A stretch of DNA of 64,000 nucleotides, from positions 512,001-576,000 of the forward strand of contig OZ242041.1 of NCBI GenBank assembly GCA_965205215.1, read 5' to 3'. The first letter of the stretch is position 1, and each line of letters opens with the position of its first letter. This document shows, piece by piece, positions 10,546 to 21,097 of the stretch. The translations under genes were made by a program, and so were the position numbers. The DNA comes from Nitrosopumilus sp. (lineage in GTDB: Archaea > Thermoproteota > Nitrososphaeria > Nitrososphaerales > Nitrosopumilaceae). The notes below the pieces were generated by a model. That model was not told the DNA's origin, did no database searches, and saw only the letters and a program-made list of their open reading frames with translations.

Positions 10546-11466
10546 CTAGCGCCGCGCCAGGTGCAGCCTTGGCGACGCGCAGGCCTCTGCAACGGCGCCC
10601 CTCAGCCACCCGTCATAAAGCGAGATCTTTTTTGGTATGAACAGGTCGGCCGCGCTCACCGGGGGCGACTGCCTCACCTCCTCAGTCACCGCGTCCATCT
10701 CGTATATGGTCCTGCAGTACATGAACAGCACCACCTGGTTCCTTGCCACAAAGGGGGCCTGCAGGTAGTGTCCCGAGAATATCTTGTCAAGGTGCCGCAG
10801 CGCGCCGGACGGCTCGTCGTCCCCTGTCCACGCGAGCACCGCGTACGGTATGTACCCCTCCAGCTTCTCGGGATCATACGTCAGCGTGAACTGCACGTCG
10901 GGGATCGCGTGCAGCTTGTCCCTGCAGCGCGCGACGGTCTTCGGGGAGAGCCCCGTCTCCCTTGCAATGTCGTCGGTCCTGCGCCGCGGCGACTCGGCGA
11001 GCCTCCCGAGCACCTCCATGTCGGTCCTGGTCAGGCGGCCCGCGCCACCCGCGCCACCCGCGCCCCCGGCCTCGAATATCGAGAGTATCCTGACGTCGCG
11101 CATGATCTCCCGCGCCAGCTTGATCTTCTGTTGCATCTGCGCGCCGTCCTCCATCTTCACCACCACCCCGCAAACCGTTATGCCTCCCACGCACGGCACC
11201 ACCAGGTACGGGCTTCCTATCAGGCCGCACTGCCCCAGTATCTCCTCCGTGTCCTGGCCCGTCACCACCACGTACAGGACGCCGTACCCGAGCAGGGGCG
11301 GCTCTACCTTTACCGCATATCCGGTTATCACGCCGGCGTCCTCCATCTTCTGCCTGCGCGCCCTCACGGCGCCGCCCGACACGCCAAGCTTTATGCCTAT
11401 GGCGCGGTCCGACTCCCGGCAGTTGTCAAGCAGCGCGCTCAGTATGCCTATGTCCAAATTGTCCAT
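10546..11466 (-). CDS. Lrp/AsnC-family transcriptional regulator with two HTH modules
   Basis: MDNLDIGIL-L-NCRES-IG-LGVS-VRAR and a second HTH (LTRTDMEVL...IARETGLSPKTV). Confidence 0.85.
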   Translation of the reverse strand: MDNLDIGILSALLDNCRESDRAIGIKLGVSGGAVRARRQKMEDAGVITGYAVKVEPPLLGYGVLYVVVTGQDTEEILGQCGLIGSPYLVVPCVGGITVCGVVVKMEDGAQMQQKIKLAREIMRDVRILSIFEAGGAGGAGGAGRLTRTDMEVLGRLAESPRRRTDDIARETGLSPKTVARCRDKLHAIPDVQFTLTYDPEKLEGYIPYAVLAWTGDDEPSGALRHLDKIFSGHYLQAPFVARNQVVLFMYCRTIYEMDAVTEEVRQSPPVSAADLFIPKKISLYDGWLRGAVAEACASPRLHLARR

Positions 11467-11582
11467 TATGACATGTATTGACCACTACCATAATATAGAA
11501 ATATCTAATATGCCATGGAATTGTCCATAATTTTCTTAATTAGCATGAAATACATTATATATCAGACTCGGGTACACATACC

Positions 11583-12770
11583 ATGGGCTACAGGCCTCGT
11601 CTTGCCAAGAGAATGCTCTTCAACCGCAGGGGCAGCCTGATAGGGGCGGTGCTTGCCGTCACCATCGGGATACTCGTGATACACGTCAACTTTGTCATAT
11701 TCCAGGGACTCTATGACGCCATAGTCCGCGACATAGGCGACTACCGCACCGGGGACATCATAATTACGGACGAGGACAGCTTCATCACGAGGTCCGACCT
11801 GGCCGTCGCAAGCTGGTTTGAGCGAAACCCGTCGGTGGAGGCCGTCGCGCCCAGGCTCTCGGCCTCGGCCGAGATCAACATCACAAAGGGAGGCCAGCTG
11901 ATCGAGGAGACGCGCGTGCCGATCGTGGGCGTCGACCCGTACCGCGACATCAGGGCGTCGACGGTGCACAAGACCATATCGGAGGGCAGCTACGTGTTTG
12001 CGCGCAACTCCGTGGTGCTGGGCACCAACGTGGCAAGGGACCTAGGAGGGGCCACGGTCGGCGACAGCGTCAAGGTGATGATCGTCGACAGGTGGGGTGA
12101 GGAGCAGGTCAGGCGCCTCGTGGTGTCCGGCATCGCCAGCTCGCCGGGCGGCCAGGGGTTCGACTATACCGTGGTGATGCACATTGACACGCTCCGCGAC
12201 ATGATGGCGCGCGAGGGGGAGACCGGCTCGTTCATGGTCAGGATGGCCGACGAGGGGCAGGCCGCGGCCGTGCGCGACCTGTTCCTGCGCTCGTTTCCAA
12301 ACGACGACTTTGTGGCCGAGACCATAGAGGAGGCCTCCGAGGAGCAGCTGCAGGGGTTCCGGTCCGGCATAGCGATGATAAACATGATAGGGTACTTTGG
12401 GATGATGTCCTCCGCGTTTGCTATCGTAACCATACAGATGATGATAGTCAACGGCAAGACGCGCGAGATCGGGATACTGCGCGCGCTGGGCGCCAGGCGC
12501 CGCGACGTGCTGGTGATATTCATCATGCAGGGCATGCTGATAGGCGCGATAGGCGCCGGGGTGGGGACCGCGGCGGGCCTGTCGTACACGTTTTACGCAA
12601 AGGAGACCAAGATGTCGTTTAACAATAGCCTGCCGCTGGAGGTGAGCTACGACTGGACCAAGATACTGCAGACCGCGCTGACCTCGTTTGCGCTTGCGGT
12701 GGTGGCGTCGCTGTACCCGTCGTATCGGGCGACCAAGCTGGTGCCTGTGGAGGCGATGAGGGCTGTCTGA
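11583..12770 (+). CDS. ABC transporter permease (LolE/MacB/FtsX family)
   Basis: N-terminal TM, large extracellular loop, KTREIGILRALGA, SLYPSYRA-KL-PVEAMR. Confidence 0.92.
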   Translation: MGYRPRLAKRMLFNRRGSLIGAVLAVTIGILVIHVNFVIFQGLYDAIVRDIGDYRTGDIIITDEDSFITRSDLAVASWFERNPSVEAVAPRLSASAEINITKGGQLIEETRVPIVGVDPYRDIRASTVHKTISEGSYVFARNSVVLGTNVARDLGGATVGDSVKVMIVDRWGEEQVRRLVVSGIASSPGGQGFDYTVVMHIDTLRDMMAREGETGSFMVRMADEGQAAAVRDLFLRSFPNDDFVAETIEEASEEQLQGFRSGIAMINMIGYFGMMSSAFAIVTIQMMIVNGKTREIGILRALGARRRDVLVIFIMQGMLIGAIGAGVGTAAGLSYTFYAKETKMSFNNSLPLEVSYDWTKILQTALTSFALAVVASLYPSYRATKLVPVEAMRAV

Positions 12771-12792
12771 CGGCGCAGGGAGGGGAGAAGTC

Positions 12793-13566
12793 GTGCTGCG
12801 GGCGCGCGGTGTCACAAAGTCGTACGGGCAGGACGAGACCCGCGTGACGGCGCTGCGCGGCGCGTCCTTTGACATACGCCGCGGGGAGTTCGTGCTGATC
12901 GTGGGCGCGTCAGGCAGCGGCAAGACCACGCTGCTCAACATGATAGGGCTCCTGAGCTCGCCGACTCGCGGCCGCGTCATAATCGAGGGCGTGGACACGA
13001 CCAGGCTGGGCAGCTCCGGCATTGCCGCGTTCCGCAACAGGCGCCTGGGGTTCGTGGCCCAGTTTGCGAACCTGCTTGTGGATCTGACCATACTCGAGAA
13101 CGTGATGCTGCCCAGGCAGATTGCCGGCGGTGGCTGGGCGCGCGGCGACAGGCCGCGGCGCGACGCGCTGAAGTTGCTGAGGTCGGTCGGCCTGGAGGCG
13201 CAGGCGGCGCAGCGCGCAAACAAGGTCTCGGGCGGGCAGGCGCAGAGGGCGGCGATCGCCAGAGGGCTGATAAACAGGCCCTCGATCGTGCTTGCCGACG
13301 AGCCGACGGGAAACCTCGACTCCGTGTCGTCCGAGTCCGTCGTGCGGCTCATGAAGGATACGGCCAGGAGGCTCAACCAGACGTTCGTGGTCGTGACGCA
13401 CGACAGGGAGTACTTTGGCGAGGTCGACAGGGTGATAACCGTCAGTGACGGAAGGGTGTACGAGGAGGAGGGGGGGAACGGCGGCCAGGTGGCGCCCGCC
13501 GCTACTGCCCCCGCCGCCGCCGCCACCACCACAGCAGCAGCGCGCAAGAGGGGGGTGCTTCCGTAG
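12793..13566 (+). CDS. ABC transporter ATP-binding protein (LolD/SalX type)
   Basis: GASGSGKTT, SGGQAQR, LADEPTGNLD, VTHD. Confidence 0.95.
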   Translation: MLRARGVTKSYGQDETRVTALRGASFDIRRGEFVLIVGASGSGKTTLLNMIGLLSSPTRGRVIIEGVDTTRLGSSGIAAFRNRRLGFVAQFANLLVDLTILENVMLPRQIAGGGWARGDRPRRDALKLLRSVGLEAQAAQRANKVSGGQAQRAAIARGLINRPSIVLADEPTGNLDSVSSESVVRLMKDTARRLNQTFVVVTHDREYFGEVDRVITVSDGRVYEEEGGNGGQVAPAATAPAAAATTTAAARKRGVLP

Positions 13567-15129
13567 ATGGGCGCAACGGCGGCCCCGGGGATGACTATTC
13601 CAGCTGCCCCCGCCCGCCGCAGCACCCCGCGTCTGCCCGCCGCAGTCCCGCTGCCGCTGGTGCTGGCGTTGGTGTTGGTGCTGCCCCTGCTCGCGTCTGC
13701 CGCCATGCCCGCGCCGGCGCACGCCCAGGCCCCTACGTACGGCGGCTTTGGAAACTCGCCGTTTGAGCGCGACTTTGGCGACGTAAAGTTCCTTGACGCG
13801 TACTTTGGCACGGCCGACGAGAAGATAGAGGTGGAGGCTGGGGACAGCAACGTCCCGTTCACGGTGGTATTCGCAAACGTCGGCACGCAGGACATAACCG
13901 GGATCCGGGGCCAGCTGTCGATGCCGCTCGGGTTCTCCCCCTCCGACGGCCCGGGGTCGGTCATATACGCGGACAGCGACTCGAACTCCAGGGCCGGCGA
14001 GAGCTTTGCGCTCACGTTCTTTGTCAACATAGGCGCGAACACGGAGATACAGCAGTATACGGCCGCGGCCAAGGTGGACTATTCGAGGCTGCGCGAGTCC
14101 GGCACGCGCACAGCGTTTGAGACGTTTGACTTCAAGGTCACCGGCGACACGGTGGTCAACGTAAGGGCCCTGGAGCCGTTCCTGACGTCCCTGCGCGTGA
14201 ACGAGATCGACGTACTGATTGCAAACGACGGGACGGCCCCGCTTGCGGGCGTCGAGGTCACTGCCGCGAACACGCAGACGGAGCGCGTCTCGACGGCCGC
14301 CTCCACCACCAACGTCGAGAACGTGGTGCTCTCCGCCTCGAGCTGGGACCTGGGGCAGATCGGGCCCGGGGGCTCGAGTGTGATCACCACGACCGTGTAC
14401 GTCCCGGAGACGCTCAGCGGCGAGACCCTGCGCATACCGCTTGAGGTGTCGTACTACAACGCGCACGGGGACAGGGTGACAGTATCGAAGATCGTGGACT
14501 TTTTCGTAAAGGGGCTCATAGAGCTGTCGGTATTCAACGTGGGGGTGATCGAGATATCCGGCGAGCCCATGATCATAGGCGAGATCATAAACGAGGGAAA
14601 CGAGGACGGGCTCTTCGGGTTCGTGCACGTGACGCCCCTTGAGGGCTCCAACCTGAGGCCCGTCACGCAGTTCATCGACGAGATCGAGGTCGACGCGCCG
14701 GTCCCGTTCAACATACCCGCGGAGTTCGAGGGCCAGCCAAGGTACGGGGAGCACGACATCCGGATAGACGTGAGGTACAAGGACAGCATAAGGGAGGAGC
14801 ACGTGCTCAGCCACGACGCGCGGGTGGCCGTCCCGGAGCCGCCCCCGCCTGAGCGCAATCCGTTTGATTTGAGCGCGCCGGGCGACGGGGCGGGCGCCGG
14901 CCTTGGAGGAGGAGGGGGCGGCGACGGCAGCGGCGGCCCGGTCAACACGCTTGTGGCAGTCGCGATTCTCGTAGTGATAGGCGCGGTCATCGCCCTGTGG
15001 CGCGTGGCCGCGAGGCGGCGTAGCAGGCGCGACGAGGCGTACCCCGACGACGATGTGGGTGACGACGACGACGACAGCGGCATCAGCAACACCGCGGACG
15101 GCCCCCCGGGCGCGGCCGCCAAGCTGTGA
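13567..15129 (+). CDS. COG1361 S-layer-domain-like membrane-anchored surface protein
   Basis: Signal peptide, beta-rich Ig-like segments (DLGQIGPG, GEIINEGN), C-terminal TM with basic tail; cotranscribed with the ABC genes. Confidence 0.78.
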   Translation: MGATAAPGMTIPAAPARRSTPRLPAAVPLPLVLALVLVLPLLASAAMPAPAHAQAPTYGGFGNSPFERDFGDVKFLDAYFGTADEKIEVEAGDSNVPFTVVFANVGTQDITGIRGQLSMPLGFSPSDGPGSVIYADSDSNSRAGESFALTFFVNIGANTEIQQYTAAAKVDYSRLRESGTRTAFETFDFKVTGDTVVNVRALEPFLTSLRVNEIDVLIANDGTAPLAGVEVTAANTQTERVSTAASTTNVENVVLSASSWDLGQIGPGGSSVITTTVYVPETLSGETLRIPLEVSYYNAHGDRVTVSKIVDFFVKGLIELSVFNVGVIEISGEPMIIGEIINEGNEDGLFGFVHVTPLEGSNLRPVTQFIDEIEVDAPVPFNIPAEFEGQPRYGEHDIRIDVRYKDSIREEHVLSHDARVAVPEPPPPERNPFDLSAPGDGAGAGLGGGGGGDGSGGPVNTLVAVAILVVIGAVIALWRVAARRRSRRDEAYPDDDVGDDDDDSGISNTADGPPGAAAKL

Positions 15130-15159
15130 CCCGCCCGCCGCGCGACTGGTTGGTTATTA

Positions 15160-15384
15160 ATGCGGGGCCGCGCACCGATACCGTTGGAGCTCCACAGACT
15201 CTTGGCGTTCGCGGGGGCCGCGCTGCTTGTCGCGACCTTTGCGATCAACACGAACCACACGGAAAGCGGCGACCCCGACGCGTTCAACTACGCGTATGTC
15301 ACGGGCATGGGCATGCTGGCCGCCTTTGTCGCAAGCTTTGCCGTATTCACAAAGCAGAAGATGAAGCGCGGGTTTGCATCCTGA
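15160..15384 (+). CDS. Small two-TM membrane protein
   Basis: Two hydrophobic stretches, host-like codon usage. Confidence 0.5.
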   Translation: MRGRAPIPLELHRLLAFAGAALLVATFAINTNHTESGDPDAFNYAYVTGMGMLAAFVASFAVFTKQKMKRGFAS

Positions 15385-15514
15385 CTTGTGAAATGTACTA
15401 TATCCTTGACGCGTATCGGTCACGTTGCACGCAGGACATCTGCCGAGCGTTTTTGTTCAGACCACTCCAGAAATATCGAATGTCTTTTCTCAGAGCCAAC
15501 CATACTAGTCACAT

Positions 15515-15781
15515 CTAGTCTTCCATAGTCTGGACTATACTCTCAATTTCTTCTATTTTCTGGACGTTTAATGAACAGTGCAAGCCGTAGCCTGTGGGCT
15601 TTTTAATGATGTAGTTTTGCTGGATCAACTTCTTGACGGCCTTCTTCACATTGCCACGTTCGTCCTTTGGAAACTTCTTGGGCAGATTGTCTACCGACGT
15701 ATGTCTGTTGCCAATATGGCAATACGCGTACATTTTCCTTAGTACCTCGATTTCAATTTCGTTCATGCTATAGGCGGTCAA
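15515..15781 (-). CDS. Small basic hypothetical protein, probable winged helix
   Basis: AT-rich ORF; pattern GNRHTS-DNLPK-FP...VK-L...IIKKPT-YG resembles a small archaeal family. Confidence 0.6.
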   Translation of the reverse strand: MTAYSMNEIEIEVLRKMYAYCHIGNRHTSVDNLPKKFPKDERGNVKKAVKKLIQQNYIIKKPTGYGLHCSLNVQKIEEIESIVQTMED

Positions 15782-15856
15782 GAACCATATATAATCCTAT
15801 TTTTTACCATATTAATGTTAATTATTTATATTACCCTCCTCCTATACAATATCGTA

Positions 15857-16195
15857 ATGACTACACAAGCAGTAGACCAACAATTGGAAGGGGATGTCGG
15901 GCCGCTAGCAAGCATCCTTCCGTGCTCGGAGTCGCGCATACTGGATCACATGATAGTCATGAAGGCGTTTGACTATTCCATCACGGACATTGCCAACATG
16001 TCGGGTGTCGGCATAAAGACCACGTTACGCATAGTCCACAGGCTTGAATCCGACGGCGTACTGCTTCGGACAAGAAACGTGGGCAGGGCGATAATGTTCA
16101 AGATCAACCCCGACTCTGAGAGGGCCAAGACCCTAGAACGGCTGTCGTTTCAGGTAGCACATGAGAGAGCCATGGGTGCAATAAATGGGCAGTAA
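15857..16195 (+). CDS. Winged-HTH transcriptional regulator
   Basis: SESRILD, YSITDIANMSGV...L-DGVL-TRNVGRAIMFKIN. Confidence 0.75.
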   Translation: MTTQAVDQQLEGDVGPLASILPCSESRILDHMIVMKAFDYSITDIANMSGVGIKTTLRIVHRLESDGVLLRTRNVGRAIMFKINPDSERAKTLERLSFQVAHERAMGAINGQ

Positions 16196-16291
16196 CTGAG
16201 GGAGAGGGAGACGTTCGCGATCCGATTATGGCGCGGTCCACAGCAACCCGATCTCTAAGGTTATAACCAGCCGCACCCGTGTATATTGCAC

Positions 16292-16732
16292 ATGAATGAT
16301 GCAGGCTGGCAGGAGAATGAGGGGGAGATACGCGTCCCAAAGGAGGCGCGTGAGTTCGTGCCCGACTGGGCAGAGGAGACTGTGCTGGGCGAGCCGCAGG
16401 GCTCCCGCCGGCAGTACAGGTACGGCAACCTGCACATACGGGAGTATGATGACTGCTATACCGTGCACGCGGACAGGGTGGACCCTCGCAGGGATCCGCT
16501 CGGGCACCTGGTACGCGATGCGCCCGAGGTTCTGATCGGGGCCGGCTGCGGGCTTGCGGCGGGCGCGCTTGCATACGCCGCGTCGAGGAGCATCGGAAGT
16601 AGAAACGGCAGCGGGGGGACGGGCCGCTCCCTGCTGGCGGCCGCGGCCGCGGCCGCCGCGTCGGGATACGCGTCGTATTCGGCCGCAAAAGAGGTTCGCC
16701 GCAGGCTACGCGGGCGCAGTGCCGGGGTGTGA
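16292..16732 (+). CDS. Hypothetical membrane protein
   Basis: QYRYGNLHIREY...H-DR-DPR-DPLGHL-DAPE plus two C-terminal hydrophobic segments; directly upstream of the ABC1 kinase. Confidence 0.65.
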   Translation: MNDAGWQENEGEIRVPKEAREFVPDWAEETVLGEPQGSRRQYRYGNLHIREYDDCYTVHADRVDPRRDPLGHLVRDAPEVLIGAGCGLAAGALAYAASRSIGSRNGSGGTGRSLLAAAAAAAASGYASYSAAKEVRRRLRGRSAGV

Positions 16733-16735
16733 CCG

Positions 16736-18415
16736 ATGCCCGCGACGCTGCGCGCCGTCATGGTGCTGTTGAAACTGCTGCCGTCAGTGATTGCCCTGCG
16801 CCGTGACAGGCGCAGGTGGGCCAGCCTCAAGGGCGAGGACGGTGAACAGAACGACACGATCGACGAGGACGCGTTCCGCTCAAATGCGCGCCGCATGCTA
16901 AACGCGCTCATATCGCTCGGGCCCGTCTACATCAAGCTGGGGCAATGGCTCTCGTCGCGCGCAGACATACTGCCCCACCCGTACCTTGTGGAGCTTGCCA
17001 AGCTCCAGGACGACGTGCCGGCCGCGCCGTTTGAGGAGGTCAAGCCCATACTTGAGAGGGAGCTGGGGCCTCTTGGCGACACGTTTGAGGAGATCGACAA
17101 GACGCCCATATCGGGCGCCTCGCTGGGCCAGGTGTACCGAGCCGTATACGGCGGCAGGCAGGTGGCAGTCAAGGTAAGGAGGCCCGGGATAGAGAAGATG
17201 GTCAAGCGCGATCTTGCCGTACTCAAAAAGGCGCTGCCGCTTGCCCTGCGCTTTGTCGACCCGAACCTGAGGTACTCGGCGCAGGCCATGCTCTCCCAGT
17301 TTGTAGAGAGCATCCGGGAGGAGATGGACTATACCGCCGAGTCGGAGAACCTCAAGAGGATAAAGAGGGACATGTCCTCTGCCGCCGGCGGCAGCAGCAG
17401 CAACAGCAGCAGCAGACGTAACGGCAGCAACGGCGCCGCGTCGTCATCGTCATCGTCGGTGATAGTGCCGTCGGTGCTAGACGACCTGTCCTCAAGGGAC
17501 GTCCTGACCATGGAGTACATACCCGGCATCAAGATAACGGACATCGCGTCGCTTGACGAGAAGGGAATCGACCGGCAGAGGCTGGTAGTCGACGTGCACA
17601 AGGTCTTCTTTACGATGCTGCTGAGGCACTCCGTATTCCACGCGGATCCGCACCCCGGGAACATATCCGTAACCGATGACGGCAGGCTGATCCTCTACGA
17701 CTATGGGATGGTGGGGAGGCTCGACGACGAGACCAGAATGAGGCTGGTCCGCCTGTACCTGGCCCTGGTCGAGAAGGATCCCCCCCGGACGGTCAACGCG
17801 ATGAGCGACCTGGGCATGCTCGTGCCCGATACGAACAGGGAGGTGGTTGAGAGGGGAGTCGAGATGACAGTCAGGGCCATGCACGGGCGCAAGCCCGACG
17901 AGATGGAGGTGCAGAGCCTGATGGAGATGGCAAACCGCACGATGAGCCGGTTTCCGTTCGTGCTTCCAAAGAACCTGGCGCTGTACATGAGGATGGCCTC
18001 GATCATAGAGGGAATATACAAGACGCACGAGGTTGACTTCAAGTTCGTGCGCGTGCTGCGCGAGATCCTGGAGGAGGAGAGCCTCATCAAGGACGCGTAC
18101 GTGGAGGAGATAAAGCACTCCATAACGAGGCTTGCAAAGTCGATTGACGCGACGATATCAATCGCGCCCGAGCTCAAGCGGTACCTGGACGAGTCCAAGC
18201 CGCACGCGTTCGGCACAAGGCGGCGGGAGAACCGCGCCGACGCCAACATGATACTTTTGTCCGGCTCGATATTCTCCGGGGCCGTGTTTGCGGGATCGGC
18301 CGTCGTGTACGCGTTGCATGGCGCGGCCGAGCCGGCCGCGGCGGCGGGCATGGCCGGCTCGCTTGCAATAATGGTTGCATCTGTCGTACTTGCGCATAAG
18401 AGGCGCCACCGATAA
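16736..18415 (+). CDS. ABC1/UbiB/AarF atypical kinase
   Basis: LGPVYIKLGQ, ASLGQVYRA, VAVKVRRP, EMDY-E, FHADPHPGN, DYGMVG; C-terminal TMs. Confidence 0.93.
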   Translation: MPATLRAVMVLLKLLPSVIALRRDRRRWASLKGEDGEQNDTIDEDAFRSNARRMLNALISLGPVYIKLGQWLSSRADILPHPYLVELAKLQDDVPAAPFEEVKPILERELGPLGDTFEEIDKTPISGASLGQVYRAVYGGRQVAVKVRRPGIEKMVKRDLAVLKKALPLALRFVDPNLRYSAQAMLSQFVESIREEMDYTAESENLKRIKRDMSSAAGGSSSNSSSRRNGSNGAASSSSSSVIVPSVLDDLSSRDVLTMEYIPGIKITDIASLDEKGIDRQRLVVDVHKVFFTMLLRHSVFHADPHPGNISVTDDGRLILYDYGMVGRLDDETRMRLVRLYLALVEKDPPRTVNAMSDLGMLVPDTNREVVERGVEMTVRAMHGRKPDEMEVQSLMEMANRTMSRFPFVLPKNLALYMRMASIIEGIYKTHEVDFKFVRVLREILEEESLIKDAYVEEIKHSITRLAKSIDATISIAPELKRYLDESKPHAFGTRRRENRADANMILLSGSIFSGAVFAGSAVVYALHGAAEPAAAAGMAGSLAIMVASVVLAHKRRHR

Positions 18416-18423
18416 CCGTGCCG

Positions 18424-18915
18424 CTACTTTACGGCAATCTCGAGCCCCTTTCTCTTCCTGACCGGTATCACTATGGTCAGGACCCCCTTCTCGTACTTTG
18501 CAGTGGGGGATTGCCGCTTGTCTTCCTTCTCCTCGTCCTCTGCCGGCGCGCCGTCCCCACCGCCGCGCCTCGGACGGAATGCCGCGGCCGCCGGAAGGCG
18601 TATCTTCTTGTCCACAAAGCTGGGGCGCTGGGCGCAGATTATCTCGTTGCCACTCTCGCCGCCGTCCGGGCCGCCCTCGCCGCCCTTGATGTCGAGCCAC
18701 GCCTCCCTCTCCTTGCACGCCTGGATGCGGAGCATCCTGCCCCTCAGCGTTACACTGACGTCCTTTTTCTCAAACCCGGGCATGTCAGCTGCCACGATCA
18801 GGTTGTCGTCCCTGACGTACATATCAATCGGGGGCAGTACGAACTCGTAGAACTCCCTGGTCTTGGCCCCGATCTCCCTCGTCATCTCCTGCGCCAACCT
18901 CTCTGCCGGACCCAT
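18424..18915 (-). CDS. Hsp20/alpha-crystallin small heat-shock protein
   Basis: PPIDM...ADMPGFEKKDV...AKYEKGVLTI-IP. Confidence 0.88.
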   Translation of the reverse strand: MGPAERLAQEMTREIGAKTREFYEFVLPPIDMYVRDDNLIVAADMPGFEKKDVSVTLRGRMLRIQACKEREAWLDIKGGEGGPDGGESGNEIICAQRPSFVDKKIRLPAAAAFRPRRGGGDGAPAEDEEKEDKRQSPTAKYEKGVLTIVIPVRKRKGLEIAVK

Positions 18916-19022
18916 CGACGTGTGTGGGCCGTCAAGCTATAAGTATTTGACCGTGCTGTTCCCCGCGCTCCCCACCCTCATCCAATCCATTTTGCTTTTT
19001 ATTATGTACGTGCGGCCACACC

Positions 19023-19820
19023 GTGTTGATAGTCGCGATAGAGGGGGTGGACCAGGCGGGCAAGCACACGCAGTCCGTAATGCTGCAGAGGGCGCTCAAA
19101 AAGCGCGGCATGTCGACAAAACTGTTCCACTTTCCAAGGTATGACACGCCCATCGGGCGCGCGATAAGTGGCCACCTGGTTGCAAAAAGGCGCAAAAGGA
19201 TTCCGCCCCAGGTCTTCCACTGCCTGCAGGCCGCCAACAAGTGGGAGTTCCTGCACGTGATAGAGGACGCGCTGCCGAGCCACGACGTCGTCATAATGGA
19301 CAGGTACCACTCCTCCAACGTCATATACGGCGCCGCAAACGGCGTCGACCGCAAATGGCTTGAGAGCCTGGAACGCGGAATGCCGGAGGCCGCGTTTACC
19401 ATACTCCTTGACATTCCAGTTACGGTGTCCTTTGAGAGGCGCCCCGCCGACCGCGACAAGCTTGAGCGCGACAAAAAGTTCCTCGGGTCGGTGCGCGCAG
19501 AATACCTGTCCATGGCCAAGAAGAGGCGCTGGAAGGTGGTGGGCGCGGACAAACCCAAGGGCGACGTCCACGCGGAGATGCTTGACTATCTTCTGCCAAG
19601 GCTGGAGGCGGCCGGGATCGGACGGCCTGCCAGGAAGGCGGGAAGGGCGGCGCCAGGCACGGCGGCGCGAAGCGCAAGGGCGCCAAGCAAGAAAGCGACG
19701 CCGACAAATAAGAACAATAAGAAGAAGAAGAAACCGGCGGCGCCTGCGGCAGCACGCCACCCCAGGACCGTTGCGGGCGCGCTCCGGAAAGGCAAAAGGG
19801 GGAGGCGTGGCCGCGCATGA
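19023..19820 (+). CDS. tmk: Thymidylate kinase with basic C-terminal extension
   Basis: IEGVDQAGKHTQ P-loop, FPRY-TPIG, MDRY-S--YG. Confidence 0.92.
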   Translation: MLIVAIEGVDQAGKHTQSVMLQRALKKRGMSTKLFHFPRYDTPIGRAISGHLVAKRRKRIPPQVFHCLQAANKWEFLHVIEDALPSHDVVIMDRYHSSNVIYGAANGVDRKWLESLERGMPEAAFTILLDIPVTVSFERRPADRDKLERDKKFLGSVRAEYLSMAKKRRWKVVGADKPKGDVHAEMLDYLLPRLEAAGIGRPARKAGRAAPGTAARSARAPSKKATPTNKNNKKKKKPAAPAAARHPRTVAGALRKGKRGRRGRA

Positions 19821-21097
19821 CCGCCGCGCCCGCCAAGAGATACCTGGACATCATCGACCCCATACACGGGTACATCAGGGTCTTTGACCGGGAGGTCGCG
19901 GTCATAGACCACCCGCTCTTTCAGAGGCTGCGGCGCATAAGGCAGCTGAGCGGGGCGCACCTGACGTACCCGTCGGCGCAGCATACCCGGTTCGAGCACT
20001 CGCTTGGCGTGATGCACATCGCAAGCCAGGCGGGGCACATGCTGATGGACAAGGGCATCATGGACCCGGACAGGCTTGCCCTGCTGCGCCTGGCCGCCCT
20101 GCTGCACGACATAGGGCACGGCCCGTTCTCGCACCTGTTTGAGGAGATACTGCACCTCAGCCACTCGTCCCACGAGCAGTTCGGCAAGCGGCTCATACTG
20201 GAGTCGGAGATCGGCGACATACTCTCCAAGCACGGCTTTGGCAAGAGGGAGGTGGTCGACGTCGCGTTCGGCACGTCCGGCCACCAGTACATGAACCAGA
20301 TCATATCCGGGGCCCTGAGCGCCGACATGATGGACTACCTGCGCCGGGACAGCTACTTTACCGGGGCCCAGATGGGCCGCACGGAGCACCAGCGCATACT
20401 CCAGTCCTTTGACGTGCACAGGAGGGAGCTGGCGCTAGAGCGCTCGGCCCTGTACTCGTTTGAGTCCATGATGCATGCCCGGTACCAGATGTTCAAGGCA
20501 GTATACTTTCACCGAACCGTCCGCGCCGCGGAGGTGATGCTGCTCGAGGCCCTCCGCATATCGGACGCCGAGTTCGGGTTCACCACGTTTGACCTGGACG
20601 ACATGCCGAACCTTACAGACGAGCCCGTCCTGTCCATGATGGCCACCACCGATATCCCGGAGCTTGCCCGCGCAAGGTCCCTTGCGGCGGACTACCAGAA
20701 CCGCAGGCTGTTAAAGTGCGTCTTTGAGCGCATCATCACAAGCCGCAGAAAGCTGCAGGGCATCAAGACCGACAGGCTGCGCTCCGCGATATCCGACGCG
20801 TCGGGCGTCCCCGAGTCGGCCATATTCGTCGACAGTTCAGCCACCCCGTCCATACCGCTTGCGCCCTCAAAGAGCGAGTCAAGCCACATCCTGGTGGTCT
20901 CGCCGCGGTCAGGCGGCAGCAGGAGGAGGAGCGGCGGCAGCAACAGGGGCAAGGAGGCAGAGCGCATGCCGATATCGGACATACCGTCGGTCCACGCAAT
21001 ATCCGGGTTCATGAACATCCTGCGCGTCTACACCACGTCCAGATACCGCAACAAGGTTGAAATTGCGACACGTTCGACACTTGATGACATATCATGA
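19817..21097 (+). CDS. HD-domain phosphohydrolase (dGTPase/SAMHD1-like)
   Basis: [47 protein letters not shown]. Confidence 0.92.
   Translation: MTAAPAKRYLDIIDPIHGYIRVFDREVAVIDHPLFQRLRRIRQLSGAHLTYPSAQHTRFEHSLGVMHIASQAGHMLMDKGIMDPDRLALLRLAALLHDIGHGPFSHLFEEILHLSHSSHEQFGKRLILESEIGDILSKHGFGKREVVDVAFGTSGHQYMNQIISGALSADMMDYLRRDSYFTGAQMGRTEHQRILQSFDVHRRELALERSALYSFESMMHARYQMFKAVYFHRTVRAAEVMLLEALRISDAEFGFTTFDLDDMPNLTDEPVLSMMATTDIPELARARSLAADYQNRRLLKCVFERIITSRRKLQGIKTDRLRSAISDASGVPESAIFVDSSATPSIPLAPSKSESSHILVVSPRSGGSRRRSGGSNRGKEAERMPISDIPSVHAISGFMNILRVYTTSRYRNKVEIATRSTLDDIS

Noticed and set aside
12042-14814. Long minus-strand ORFs (676 and 634 aa) and similar shadows such as 6386-7768, 24521-25504 and 61117-62862
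   Set aside because: They are antisense to well-supported genes, carry no motifs, and are expected in high-GC DNA
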